Source of the DNA: Octopus bimaculoides
Taxonomy: Eukaryota
Direction of reading: 5' to 3'
Assembly: GCF_001194135.2 (NCBI RefSeq)
Contig: NC_068990.1
Coordinates: 58,668,302-58,732,056, forward strand
DNA: 63,755 nucleotides
Shown: piece by piece, positions 13,046-26,245 of the stretch
How positions within the stretch are numbered: position 1 is the first letter of the stretch
How the letters are laid out: every line of letters begins with the position of its first letter
The notes under the pieces: model-generated
Databases searched by the model: none
What the model was told of the DNA's origin: nothing
The model's input: the letters and a program-made list of their open reading frames with translations, nothing else
Translations under genes and position numbers: made by a program

Positions 13046-13300
13046 GGTGAGGTGGACGAGCTGGTAGAATCGTTACATCGCCGGGCAAAATGCTTGGCGG
13101 CATTTCGTCCGTCTTTATGTTCTGAGTTCAAATTCAGTCCAGGTCGATTTTGCCTTTCATCCTTTCGGGATCGATAAAATATGTTCCAGTTGAAAACTGG
13201 GGTCGATGAAATAAGTACCAGTTGATCATTGGATTCGACGTAATCAGCTTATCTCCTCCCCACGAAATTGCTGGACTTGTGACAAAATTTGAAGCCAATA
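13046..13300 (+). mobile_element. tRNA-derived SINE (octopus-type family B)
   Basis: GAGCTGGTAGAATCGTTA...GTTCTGAGTTCAAATT...GGTCGATTTTGCCTTTCATCCTTTCGGG...AAATTGCTGGACTTGTGACAAAATTTGAAGCC. Confidence 0.85.
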
Positions 13301-13582
13301 TATATATCATATATCGATCAATTGTCCATAATTCAGGGTAAAAAAAGTACGCTCTAAGAGGGAATTTGAGCAGTTGTACTTTTATATTGTTGAGTAGTAT
13401 GTTCCTGATTATGGCATATACCCGGTAAGAAAGGGACCATTGGTTTCGTAACTACTATTGCTCTTGGCAATACTGATATCTCCTTTGACGAGTTTTCTGT
13501 ATTGCTGAGTGCAATAGTAAACGCGAAACTAAAGGTTATTTTCTGACCTGTTATATGCTGTAACCAGGACTATGCTAGTCGA

Positions 13583-13635
<53 letters not shown>

Positions 13636-13786
13636 CGTGCGTGCGTGTGTGTTGTGTTGTGTAAAGACACACCGCACTTATATACTTATATACTTTATAC
13701 TTATAGATAAAGACAGGGGGCTGNNNNNNNNNNNGAGAGAGAGAAAGAGAGAAAAGGAGAGATTGTCGGGACATATGGATAGATAG

Positions 13787-14024
<238 letters not shown>

Positions 14025-14084
14025 GAATATTGATTTCAAATATGATTACATGCTAGGGTTAAGCCGATTAGATTGATATAATTT

Positions 14085-14296
14085 TAGCCTCATATTTTTG
14101 CACAAGGCCAGAAAGTTTGAGGGTGGGGCTTAAGCCGATTACAGGCAGACATCGACCCCAGTGTCTAACTGGTACTTATTTTATCGACGCCTAAAGGGTC
14201 GACCTCGGGGAAATTTTATCGGAGCACATAAAGTCGGACGAAATGTTGCTAAGCATCTTCTCCGGCGTGCTAACGATTTTGCTAGCTCACCGCCCT
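14085..14296 (-). mobile_element. SINE family B copy
   Basis: Reverse complement of the 13046 copy (GCACAAGGCCAG...ATCGACCCCAG...GGTACTTATTTTATCGAC...GCGTGCTAACGATT). Confidence 0.8.
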
Positions 14297-14893
14297 AGGT
14301 AGATATAACATTGCGAGAAAGAAAGAGAGAGGGAGATGACGACAAAAGCGGTGCTGGTAGTTATCGATCATAGTGCTGGTGATGAGAAAGATGTAGAGGG
14401 AATAGGGAAGTAGGAAAAAAAGAGGAGGAGGATACGTGTTTGCGTAATTGCATGCATTTGCATGTAAAAATCGTATTGCTTTGATTTCGTCTTTACTTCA
14501 GCATATACCGACAAATATGTACATATAAGACAATCTTCACGTTAAGAAAGCGTGTATATAATATGTGCGTCTGAGTGTGTGCATATGTGTATGTATGAAT
14601 GTGGTGCACGCGATATTTAGTGAACGAATCGGCCGATAGAGAAATGCAGATAGAACGACAATGACAAAGAGAGATTTAGAGATGTAAGTTGAAGAGAAAG
14701 AAAAAAAAACATACAATGCGTGCATGTATGTACGTACGTATGTATGCATGTATATGTATGTATGTATGTATGTATGTATGAACATGTTTGTATGTATGTG
14801 TGTGTGTATGTATGTATGTATGTATGTATGAATGTAAGCATGCAGGCATGTATGTATGTATATGCATTTACATAAACACAAGCTATACAGATC

Positions 14894-14932
<39 letters not shown>

Positions 14933-15599
14933 NNNNNNNNNNNNNNNNNNNNNNNNNNNNNNNNNNNNNNNNNNNNNNNNNNNNNNNNNNNNNNNNNNNN
15001 NNNNNNNNNNNNNNNNNNNNNNNNNNNNNNNNNNNNNNNNNNNNNNNNNNNNNNNNNNNNNNNNNNNNNNNNNNNNNNNNNNNNNNNNNNNNNNNNNNNN
15101 NNNNNNNNNNNNNNNNNNNNNNNNNNNNNNNNNNNNNNNNNNNNNNNNNNNNNNNNNNNNNNNNNNNNNNNNNNNNNNNNNNNNNNNNNNNNNNNNNNNN
15201 NNNNNNNNNNNNNNNNNNNNNNNNNNNNNNNNNNNNNNNTATATGTATATATATATATATACATATATATATTATATGTATTTGCATACATTCACACGTA
15301 CATATGCAAAAACAGACACATATCTAAAGGAAAAATATAGATGAATACATGTAAACATAGATATATCGATATACTGAACAAAGCGCACATCTCATTGGTT
15401 GTATTTGTTAAAGTGAATTAAGTTGAAGATGAATCTTGTAAATGTGTGTAAAATGGAATGTGAGAACAAAGTAAGAAATCCTTCTTTCAACCAGCTAAAA
15501 TTGCCCACAAAATACATCAATGGGAAGAAGTATTACCAAAATTCATTAAGTAAACCCAATACAGCATGTAATCATATTTATTGAGCTGCTAACCACAGA

Positions 15600-16090
15600 A
15601 CCACAAATACATTCAGTAACTATAAGACGCGAGTCTTTTCTGCTGGAATATATGTGCCACAGTGAAGAATTCACAAGCATAAAGTACTTCTTTTACGAGG
15701 ATCAAAGCTATATGAAGTTCACTCTGGAATTCAGTCATGCTAACTTGCAGAGGACAAAACATAACTAGACTTGCTTCTCTAAATAAAAACCAATTCTATT
15801 AAACTGTCTACTTATATTAACAGACTAGATTGGAGACCGTTCATAATATTTTGGCGCTATCGACTGGAACTAGTCGTGTGTTATTTATCTACATTATCAT
15901 GTGTTATTTATCTACATTTGTCACCAGAACGAAGCCTGGCATTGAAGACTATGTTATTCAGTGGAAAAAATGTAATTTCAAGACAAGAAGTCTTTGTTGA
16001 TAAACTTTCTCCTTTCTCAATTTTGGTAATAATCAGTTTTTATAAGCTATAATTTCTAGTCGTAGAAAAATGGATATAGTAAACGTTGCT
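15600..16090 (+). mobile_element. Decayed Penelope-like reverse transcriptase fragment
   Basis: HSEEFTSIKYFFYEDQSYMKFTLEF (15660-15732), then *LDLLL*IKTNSIKLSTY (15762-15815) and KNGYSK (~16066). These match the PLE RT pattern F..YLN..HP.IKFT.E...FLD......TSVY.K...NGYP. Confidence 0.55.
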
Positions 16091-17187
16091 ATCTCTTTTC
16101 ATGTTTGTAAATAATAAACGTTTTGTTCGTGGAAGATCTTTAGGGAATATACAAAAGTTATTTCTCTTGTTGCACATCGATTTTATTTGTAACTTTTAAG
16201 CTTCATGTTTCACACGACTAAGTTTGTTTTTCTAAAATGTATACACTTGGCGTACAAAACTTAACGACTCAATACAGTAATCTACAACAGACAGTTTAGC
16301 ATGCATGGACCGCCAACAGATAATCCTTCTATTCTGAGAGGTGTATCTTAATGACATCAAAATTGATTAGGATGACATTTTGACAAGATTCTTCATTAAT
16401 ATTTAGACAAGGGAGATAACATATTGGTAAAGGACTCTCAACCAATATCAACTTAACTGATTTGAAATAGTACTGCCATGAGTTCTTGACCAAACTGGCA
16501 GCTGTTGAATATCAGTTTATAATTATAAGGTTATGTAACTATTCAAAATTCTGTCAGTGTCCGTTCTTTAGATTTGAAAAATGTCACAATGTTAATCAGC
16601 TATCTTGACACTGAGGTATTATTGTATCATCTCCTTCTAAACGCTTGTATTTGTTGGTATATATGTTACATCCACTGAAGTCAGCAGTCACATATTAGAG
16701 TCATATCATGTATACAATACCTACAAACTGCATATCTGGTTTTGTGGTAAATAATAGTACTATATATACAAAGAGCTTACAAAACATTGTTTGGATTATA
16801 TAAACATGAGAATTTTCCTTATAAATGATAACAAAAGCGTAGAAAAACACTTCATTGAATATTGATTCTCCATAACTAATTCCTGATTTAACCATTATTT
16901 TATTAATCACGTGTTAGAATATGTTTTGGAAAGTCAACACTGAAACCAAATCTCATACCACTTGCGCCGTTAAATTTTAATCACATTTCAATTCCCAGTA
17001 TAATTTGTATAGTATTTTCCTTCTTCCAAGACAGAAGACTTGGCAAAAGGAAGCAATGTTTTACAAATACTTCGTGTGACTGACCTTCAGCAATTCTTAT
17101 TCAATGACACCATAAATACGAGCTTATCCCATAATAAATTCATGGCTAGTAATTCTCGAGTTGCGATGAAATATTTTATATAGACTT

Positions 17188-18790
17188 TAGGTAGCTATAT
17201 TGGGCCAGTACCGATTTTGGGACACGCCCCTTGTAGGCTTTTTTCACAGGGGGAAAGTTTGGGCAAGGCAACGATTAGCGAAGGAGTTCACTACAACGGC
17301 AGGTCACTCATCTGCAGCAATTATTGTAACGGTAGGAGAAATATATTTGCATTTTTCAGTTTAGTATCATCCGTAGACAAAAACTGATACACAGGTTATT
17401 GCGATCAATTTCACATATTTTTACAATTTTCTACATGTGAGTTTTCCAACCATTCATTAGTGGTGTCGTTTTTCTTAAGGTACCCCACTGTGCCTATATT
17501 GGGGCACTTGACTGCAACTATATTGAACATGGGGCTCCAAGTTAGGTACAATGTGTCTCAGTATAGGAACATTTTCAGACAGTTTTATTTGGTGTGTCAG
17601 AACATTGATAATCAGGCATAGGTTTTACTTTATTTGGTATTGTGTTTCAGCTCACAATGGAGTGCAAAAAATATGGCCAGTGACAAGAAGAAGACTTGCA
17701 AGAGGTGATGAAAAGTGTCAAGGAGGATCACATGTCATTCAAACATGTTGCTAACCATTTTTCTGTTCCAGGAGCAACATTTCAACGGCACGTTCAGATC
17801 TCAATCAAGTAGGCTGTCAGAGGAAAGAAACATTTCGGTTCACCAACAGTCCTGTCTAGACAAGAAGAAGATTTTATGCATTACTTCACTGGAAAAAATG
17901 CTGTTTGGCATATTCAAAACTACCATGCAGAAACTGACGTTTCAAATTGCTTTGAAAAATAAAGCAGAACTTTTGCACAAGTTCAATGGAGAAAATCAAC
18001 TTGCAGGTCGGAAATGGTTTTCAAAGTTTCTTGCCAGAAACCCTTAACTTAGTCTTCGGAAACTTGAAGGTACCAGCAAAGCAAGAGCAAAGGGTTTAGC
18101 AAATAAAAAAAAAGTGTGGACAGGTTCTTTGATATCCTAGAGACAGTCTTTGACTATTACAAACTGAATCCGTCTTTTCTGTATAACATGGATGAAACAT
18201 CTCTCAGCACTGCAGAAACCCAGAAAAACTGTGGCAACAAATTGGCATACAACAGGTGTGTACAGTCTAGAAAGAGGAACTAGTGTCACATGTGTTAATT
18301 GCATGAGTGCAAATGGTTTCTTCGTCCCTCCGTTTCTGATCTTCAAACGAAAGCGCATAAAGGAAAACCTCAAAACTGGTACCCCTCGCTGGAACAAAAT
18401 TTTCAGTGCAGAAAAAGGCTGGATGGATAAGGACACTTCCCGCTTATGGCTTGAGCACTTCATTAAATACGTTAAATCTTCAAAGGATGCACCTGTCCTT
18501 CTTGTCCTTGATGTGCACATAAGTCACACAAGGAATCTTCGAGCAACTGAAATTTCCACTCAACATGGAGTACTGATGCTCCCTCTTCCACTGCACTGCA
18601 GTCATCGCATGCAGCCGCTTGACTTGACATATTTCAAGCCCTTTTCTGCATACTTCAATCAAGCTGCAAATAGATTCATGAGAACTCATCCTGGATCAAG
18701 TATTCAGACAGGGAACATTACTGGACTGCTTGCAGAGGCTCTCAGCCAAGCTTCAGTGATGGGCACAGCTTTGAATAGCTTGCCGTCATA
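17188..18790 (+). mobile_element. pogo/Fot1-like (CENP-B HTH + DDE_1) transposon remnant, frameshifted, 3' end not found
   Basis: HTH-psq-like KSVKEDHMSFKHVANHFSVPGATFQRH (~17710), AGRKWFSKFLARNP, MDET (~18190), ERGTSVTCVNCMSANGFFVPPFLIFKRK, GWMD, LLVLDVHISH, HCSHRMQPLDLTYFKPF. Repeated TATTGGG(G)CAC-like motifs near 17200 and 17495. The 5' boundary is approximate. Confidence 0.9.
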
Positions 18791-20183
18791 TTTTCTCTAC
18801 AAATATTAGCAGAAAAAGGAAAAACTGTTATAGATTCTTCTTGAAATCGAAGCTAAGTTATAGGCATCGTTACTCAGAAGACTAAAATTCTGAACAACAT
18901 TGATATCACTAGTTAAGTTCGTGCTGGTTTGATGCTTCGTTCAAAATAAAGCAAAATTGCTAACTGAATGCAGTTAACGTATTGCAATCAACATCGGTTC
19001 AGTGCCTAATATTCTTTTAATTATTTCGCTAAGTAAGGGAGACAGCTTAGAATTTGCTTCGATCATATTAGACCTTTTCAATGAAACAATCACAAATTTC
19101 ACTAGTCTTAACTAATAAATGACTCGGACAACTACAAAACAGATGTATACTATTGTACATTAATATTACTATATTTTACTGCGTAAAACACTGAAGTTAA
19201 TTACTCAAAGACGCCATTTGCATGAAAAGCAATATTTAAATTAGTTTTATTGAAACATAAGCAGATTTATCTAATGTTCTTCAAGGAATGATTAAATTAA
19301 TTTTAGCTAATGAGCTAGGCCCGCCATTTCCTCTCCGTATAGATATCTCGATTTAGATTGCTGATGTTAACTCACTAAAATCAGTATCTTAATTCTAACT
19401 TAACTATTTCTTCTTATTAGGATGGCGTCTCTAAGCAATAAAACTCGGTGATTTTGTTCTTATCAGCTAGCGCTCGATCGTTATTTAGGCCTGGATATGT
19501 GATTCAGACGTTCATTTCACAACCATATGTTTTGGGCAAGTGAGATGAAATCTGGTAGACGATGACGGTACGGAAGTTCGTCGAGTACATATATATGTAC
19601 GTATGCGTGTGGATATGTATTCGTTTGTTTGTATGAGTACGTGTAAGATATTGTGATTGTATGCTTCTACTATTTTTCTTCTGAAACTATGATATAATTA
19701 GAGTTTCACCTCGAGAAAGTTTACTCACGTGAAAAAGTCCAGCCCTTAAATCTATGAATTCCATCGCAATACTTAATTCCAGACCCGAAATTTTCAGCAA
19801 AGGCAAACGTATGGACAAATTGCTTTTGGCGAACTGGAGGGCGGACAACACTCTCACGGGATTGAGCAGATGTTTCGCAGATTTTGGAACCCTCTCAGTT
19901 TAATTATTCTACAACAACTAGTTTTATCTTACGATCAAAGGGGACGTAATTGTAATGTTCTTTTATTTTCTCTTCTTATTCGCCCTTCCACCTTTTGCAT
20001 CAACTTTCCTGTCATTTTTGACTTGAGATCTTTCATGCACCAGCGTCCTGATTTTCAAATAGAAGAAAGCATAGCCCGAACATTGCTTGCAGATACGTGG
20101 CGTGTTATAAAACCTGCTTAGAAACGTCCCTATACAGCAAGAAACTATTATTAGCTCTGATCTTTATACTGTGTATATTAAAT

Positions 20184-20234
<51 letters not shown>

Positions 20235-21180
20235 CACACACACCACACACACACGCACACACACACACACATACACAAACTCACGCACATATATACATAT
20301 ACATATAGGGTACGAGCATACTTTAAAATTCTTAACTAATCTTAGTGGTGCGCTTCATATAGTGATGTCATGCGAAAATAAGCATAATAGCATCCGTCCC
20401 NNNNNNNNNNNNNNNNNNNNNNNNNNNNNNNNNNNNNNNNNNNNNNNNNNNNNNNNNNNNNNNNNNNNNNNNNNNNNNNNNNNNNNNNNNNNNNNNNNNN
20501 NNNNNNNNNNNNNNNNNNNNNNNNNNNNNNNNNNNNNNNNNNNNNNNNNNNNNNNNNNNNNNNNNNNNNNNNNNNNNNNNNNNNNNNNNNNNNNNNNNNN
20601 NNNNNNNNNNNNNNNNNNNNNNNNNNNNNNNNNNNNNNNNNNNNNNNNNNNNNNNNNNNNNNNNNNNNNNNNNNNNNNNNNNNNNNNNNNNNNNNNNNNN
20701 NNNNNNNNNNNNNNNNNNNNNNNNNNNNNNNNNNNNNNNNNNNNNNNNNNNNNNNNNNNNNNNNNNNNNNNNNNNNNNNNNNNNNNNNNNNNNNNNNNNN
20801 NNNNNNNNNNNNNNNNNNNNNNNNNNNNNNNNNNNNNNNNNNNNNNNNNNNNNNNNNNNNNNNNNNNNNNNNNNNNNNNNNNNNNNNNNNNNNNNNNNNN
20901 NNNNNNNNNNNNNNNNNNNNNNNNNNNNNNNNNNNNNNATATATATGCATATATACATACGTATATGTACATACTTACATTTATACGTATATACATATGC
21001 ATATGTGGGCACAGGACGTCATGAAACGTGTACAACACAATACGAAGTACGAGTACATGGAATATGAACTATTTTTTCGGACAACGAAAGACACAAATGG
21101 AAAACAAGACAAACAACATAAAGAACGACCCTTCATCATTTGTTGGCTGTTTTTCTACTCTCGTATTTGGAGCATTTATA

Positions 21181-21342
21181 TATACGACAGGTTTCTCTCA
21201 ATATCCGCCTGCCAAATCCACTCACAAGGCTTTGGTTGCTCCGAGGCTATATTAGAAGACACTCGCTGAAGACGCCACGTAGTGAAACTGAACCTAGAAC
21301 TATGCGGATTGGAAACAAGCGTCTTACTACACCACCACGCAT
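21181..21342 (-). mobile_element. SINE family A 5' half, inverted relative to the 21528 copy
   Basis: CCAAATCCACTCACAAGGCTTTGG...GAACC...CACCACG matches the reverse complement of 21530-21690. Confidence 0.8.
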
Positions 21343-21382
21343 ACATACATGCATACATACATACAGCCAGGTAGATATATAA

Positions 21383-21464
<82 letters not shown>

Positions 21465-21477
21465 GGATATATATATA

Positions 21478-21517
<40 letters not shown>

Positions 21518-21527
21518 TATATAGATA

Positions 21528-21936
21528 GGCGTAGGAGTGGCTGTGTGGTAAGTAGGTTGCTTACCAACCACATGGTCCTGGGTTCAGTCCCACTGCGTGG
21601 CATCTTCGGCAAGGGTCTTCTACTATAGCCTCGGGCCGACCAAAGCCTTGTGAGTGGATTTGGTAGACGGAAACTGAAAGAAGCCCGTCGTATATGTGTA
21701 TATATATGTATATATATGTATGTGTGTATGTGTTTGTGTGTCTGTGTTTGTCCCCCCAACATCGCTTGACAACCGATGCTGGAGTGTTTATGTCCCCATA
21801 ACTTAGCGGATCGGCAAGAGAGACCGATAGAATAAGTACTAGGCTTCTAAAGAATAAGTCCTAGGGCCGATTTGCTCGACTAAAGGCGGTGCTCCAGCAT
21901 GGCTACAGTCAAAAGACTGAAACAAGTAAAAGAGTA
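21528..21936 (+). mobile_element. Full-length tRNA-derived SINE (octopus-type family A)
   Basis: GGCGTAGGAGTGGCTGTGTGGTAAG (A box)...GGTTCAGTCCC (B box)...CCAAAGCCTTGTGAGTGGATTTGGTAGACGGAAACTGAAAGAAGC, internal microsatellite, tail GACTGAAACAAGTAAAAGAG. Confidence 0.9.
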
Positions 21937-21945
21937 TATATATAT

Positions 21946-22025
<80 letters not shown>

Positions 22026-22121
22026 GTGTGTGTGTGTATTTATGTATGTATACATATATATATATGTATATGTTTATATATGTGTGTGTGTGTGTGTATG
22101 TGTGTATATATATATACATAT

Positions 22122-22163
<42 letters not shown>

Positions 22164-22341
22164 TGATAGATAGATAGGTAGATAGATAGACACATATGAA
22201 GACATCTATATCTCTTTACATTTACTTATACTTTATTTTAACAAGTAGATTTCTAACATAATTGTGTGCGACGATTTCTTATATTATAGAGGTGTATATA
22301 TTTAAAAACACACGTACAAAAGAGAACACCTAAAACTCAGA

Positions 22342-22384
<43 letters not shown>

Positions 22385-22729
22385 GAAACATATATGTACA
22401 ACAACAAACACCTGCATGCACACTCATGTAAACAGACACATCGCATACGTTCATACACAAGCGTCGTTGAGTAAGTAATTCTGATATAGATTCTTACACT
22501 CTCGCATATATACAGAGAGAGCATAAGCACAACCACCATTGCTGCATATACACTCACGCACATACACACACATACACATACACACACATACACACACATA
22601 CACACACACACACACACGATCTATTGAACGTGGAGAAACACTTCGTATTCGTAACACACATACACATTGCAGAATAATAATTCAACGGTATGTTCTTCAA
22701 ATATAAAATATCCCTCTCTCCTACCACCG

Positions 22730-22766
22730 AATAATAATAATAATAATAATAACCATAATAATAATG

Positions 22767-22826
<60 letters not shown>

Positions 22827-22835
22827 GTAGTAGTA

Positions 22836-22894
<59 letters not shown>
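22730..22894. repeat. (AAT)n microsatellite
   Basis: Direct reading; gives the poly-N/poly-Y ORF artefacts. Confidence 0.97.
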
Positions 22895-22895
<1 letters not shown>

Positions 22896-24905
22896 TAAAA
22901 GTAACAGAAAAACAGGATTTGTTGGATTATTTCTTAAAACTGATTCCTTTCTCTTCTTCCTTCCGTTTGCTCTCTTTAATAGTATTATACCGCAATGAAG
23001 ATACCAGAGTTTCCCTGTTGTTTGCAACTATTTCTTCTCTGTTCTTCTCTTTTCTTTTCTTTTCTTTTTCTTTCTTTTTCTTTTTCTTTTCTTCTGTTGT
23101 TTGTGTTTTCTTGATTTTTGTCTTCTTTTCGTGTTCTTTTCTCTACTTTTAAAGTGGCTTTTTTCAATGACTGATGTTTTTACATCAATTGAGATATGAC
23201 TGCTGGTGAGAACAACTACAAGCACTGACAACCTCCAACATGCCTGAGGTTACACACTTTTAGCATTGATAACACCAACATACAGAAGGCATTTACAGCT
23301 TGGCTACCAACACAAAAAGCTGGATTTTTACATCAAAGCTAAACTTGGTTCCAATTGTTTTCTTTATGCCAGAGCTTGTCTTTTTAATTTCCTTTTTATC
23401 AAGTGAAAACTGAGAATATTACAACGTAGTCGCGCGTCATACAAAGAAACTTGTTAGTTGAAGGCAGTTATCGTATTGCACTCTTATTTTTTCTTCTCCC
23501 TTTTTTTTATTCTTTTATTTTCTTTCTTGCTTTCTTTTTTTCCTTTTTTGCTTTTGGTTTTCTTGATATTTTTTTAAGTGTTCACTGTGAAAGTCGAGAT
23601 AAGATATCATTTGCTGGAAGGCTAAATTACAGTAGTTACGACCAGAACGTCAAAAGAACATTAAACGTTTGGAATAGGTTCTTTTGAATAAAAGGTTCAT
23701 CCTTTCGGTTCTTTTACCGCAAATCAATGAGAAATCTTTCCAACAATTCTTTTATGAAATATTTTCTCTTATTGATATTCCAAGAAGGAAAAAGAAAGTC
23801 TTTTCATAGTCATTGTTTCTTAACACACTCTCTTATAGACTTTTATAGAATTCCAAATCTAATACCAAGCTGTTTCCAATCCCTAGAAGTGAGATCACAT
23901 TCCGAGCTTCCTCTATATTAATTCATCAATGTTTATCGATTAATTGATTAATGTTATGGGGGTCATTATATTTTGATAAGAAGGCGTTACAGAAGGCCGA
24001 CACAGTCGTGTGTTAGACGAGATTTTGTGCGACAGCCAATGCACCGTAATTCTCTGTTCTTAATTCAAAGTCAGATTTCGGGTTTATCTTTAGTTCTTTT
24101 GAGTGACGACAAAATAACAAGCTATACACACAATTTGATCCCTTGACAGCAACATCTCAATTTTACTTTGTAAAGGTGTCTCGCTGATTACGCGTATAAA
24201 AAGGAACAGCAAACCGTCTCAATGCCAGAATGTATTGCTTGAATTCCTTCATTAGTATCACGTTGTAACTTTGGCCAAAACACTCAACTTCCAAAATCTC
24301 TTTCTCCCACACTCTCTCTCGTTTACTCTATCTATTTATCCATCTATCTATCTACTTATTTCTATCTATCACTCCCTTCTCTCCACTCCCCCTCTCTCTC
24401 TTTCTATTTGAGAAGATTCAATACAAAATATGCTTTAAGCAGCGGGAGCAGCGAATAAGTAAATGCTGTTTCACAAGCCTAAAGAACATTTAAATGTGCT
24501 TCTATAGAAATTAGATGCGCATTTTCTTTGTCTTCCTAGGCAGTCTATCATAACTAATAAGGACATAAAACTTTCGATCTCCAATTTATTTTTAAAAGGA
24601 ACATACCCGTACACCCATTCAACTCTATCTCTCTTCACTTACTCTCAGCGTTCGTGTGTGTGCGTGCGCATGTATGAATCCGTTTTTCTTTGTATGTTTA
24701 TATGTTTATATGTATGTGTGAGTGTACATTTATACATTAAAATATATCGGGAAACAACAAATCTAGAAAACTAGACATTAAAATAAATATATATTCAAAA
24801 GTGCTTCCAACACGAGGTATCATTCCTTTGTACGCTCATCGTATTAACCAGTTTGCAAAAGAAAAGAAAGCAGGTTTTCGCCATTGATATCAACTTATCG
24901 TAATG

Positions 24906-24943
<38 letters not shown>

Positions 24944-24966
24944 CAGACAGGTAGACAGATAGATAA

Positions 24967-25029
<63 letters not shown>

Positions 25030-25397
25030 TGTGAATGTATGCACATAATAGTAGATATAAATGTTGGTTTGTTGGTTGATTTCTCCACTCACGCTATGCA
25101 TCGTATAGAGAAGGAGAGAGCGAGATTAAAATACAGATTCATATAGAGTTAAGGTAATATGTTAAAATCGACAGAGGAACTTCGAAATTGAAAAGCAGTG
25201 GAAAGGGAATGGTAAAGTTACATAGGCAGACCTCAGATACATGATACGCGCTAACACGCATGCACACACACAGAGAAAGAGAAAGAAATAACTATAGTTT
25301 AAGAAGGATAAACTTGACCAGCAGATGACAAGGGAGGTAAAGAGGCACTAGGTTAACATAAATAAACACATGCATACGCACATAAGCATGCATGTAC

Positions 25398-26230
25398 ATA
25401 CGCTTGTATGTATGTATGTATGTATGTATGTATGTATGTATGTATGTATGTATGTATGTATGCATGTATGTATGTATGTATGCATGTATGCATGTATTCA
25501 GTTTTATTTCAAGATTACATGTCAATAGAGAAAGAGCCGGTTTCCAACCTAGATCCAAGACTCCTTCACTGGAATTTCAACAACATCAATATGGTATTTT
25601 CTATGTATGTATGCATGTGTGTATATATGTATGTATGCATGTATGTATGTATGTATGTATGTGCAGATTTGTATGTTTTATGTATGTATTCTCATGCATA
25701 TAGTTGCATAGCTAGGNNNNNNNNNNNNNNNNNNNNNNNNNNNNNNNNNNNNNNNNNNNNNNNNNNNNNNNNNNNNNNNNNNNNNNNNNNNNNNNNNNNN
25801 NNNNNNNNNNNNNNNNNNNNNNNNNNNNNNNNNNNNNNNNNNNNNNNNNNNNNNNNNNNNNNNNNNNNNNNNNNNNNNNNNNNNNNNNNNNNNNNNNNNN
25901 NNNNNNNNNNNATACGCTTGTATGTATGTATGTATGTATGTATGTATGTATGTATGTATGTATGTATGTATGTATGCATGTATGTATGTATGTATGCATG
26001 TATGCATGTATTCAGTTTTATTTCAAGATTACATGTCAATAGAGAAAGAGCCGGTTTCCAACCTAGATCCAAGACTCCTTCACTGGAATTTCAACAACAT
26101 CAATATGGTATTTTCTATGTATGTATGCATGTGTGTATATATGTATGTATGCATGTATGTATGTATGTATGTATGTGCAGATTTGTATGTTTTATGTATG
26201 TATTCTCATGCATATAGTTGCATAGCTAGG
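25398..26230. repeat. Identical 319-bp direct duplication on either side of an N gap (probable assembly artefact)
   Basis: 25398-25716 equals 25912-26230, separated only by N. Confidence 0.85.
25495..25716 (-). mobile_element. 3'UTR fragment of the R4-like element
   Basis: TTCAGTTTTATTTCAAGATT...AGAGAAAGAGCCGGTTTCCAACCTAGATCCAAG...GGTATTTT...CATATAGTTGCAT matches 45285-45480. Confidence 0.8.
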
Positions 26231-26245
26231 TATGCTCATGTATAA
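26011..26245 (-). mobile_element. 3'UTR fragment of the R4-like element (duplicate of 25495-25716)
   Basis: Same sequence as 25495-25716; continues TATGCTCAT like 45481-45490. Confidence 0.75.

Noticed and set aside
25398-26230. Exact 319-bp tandem duplication as a biological event
   Set aside because: Identical copies flank an N gap, which is typical of unmerged overlapping contig ends; long reads would settle it.
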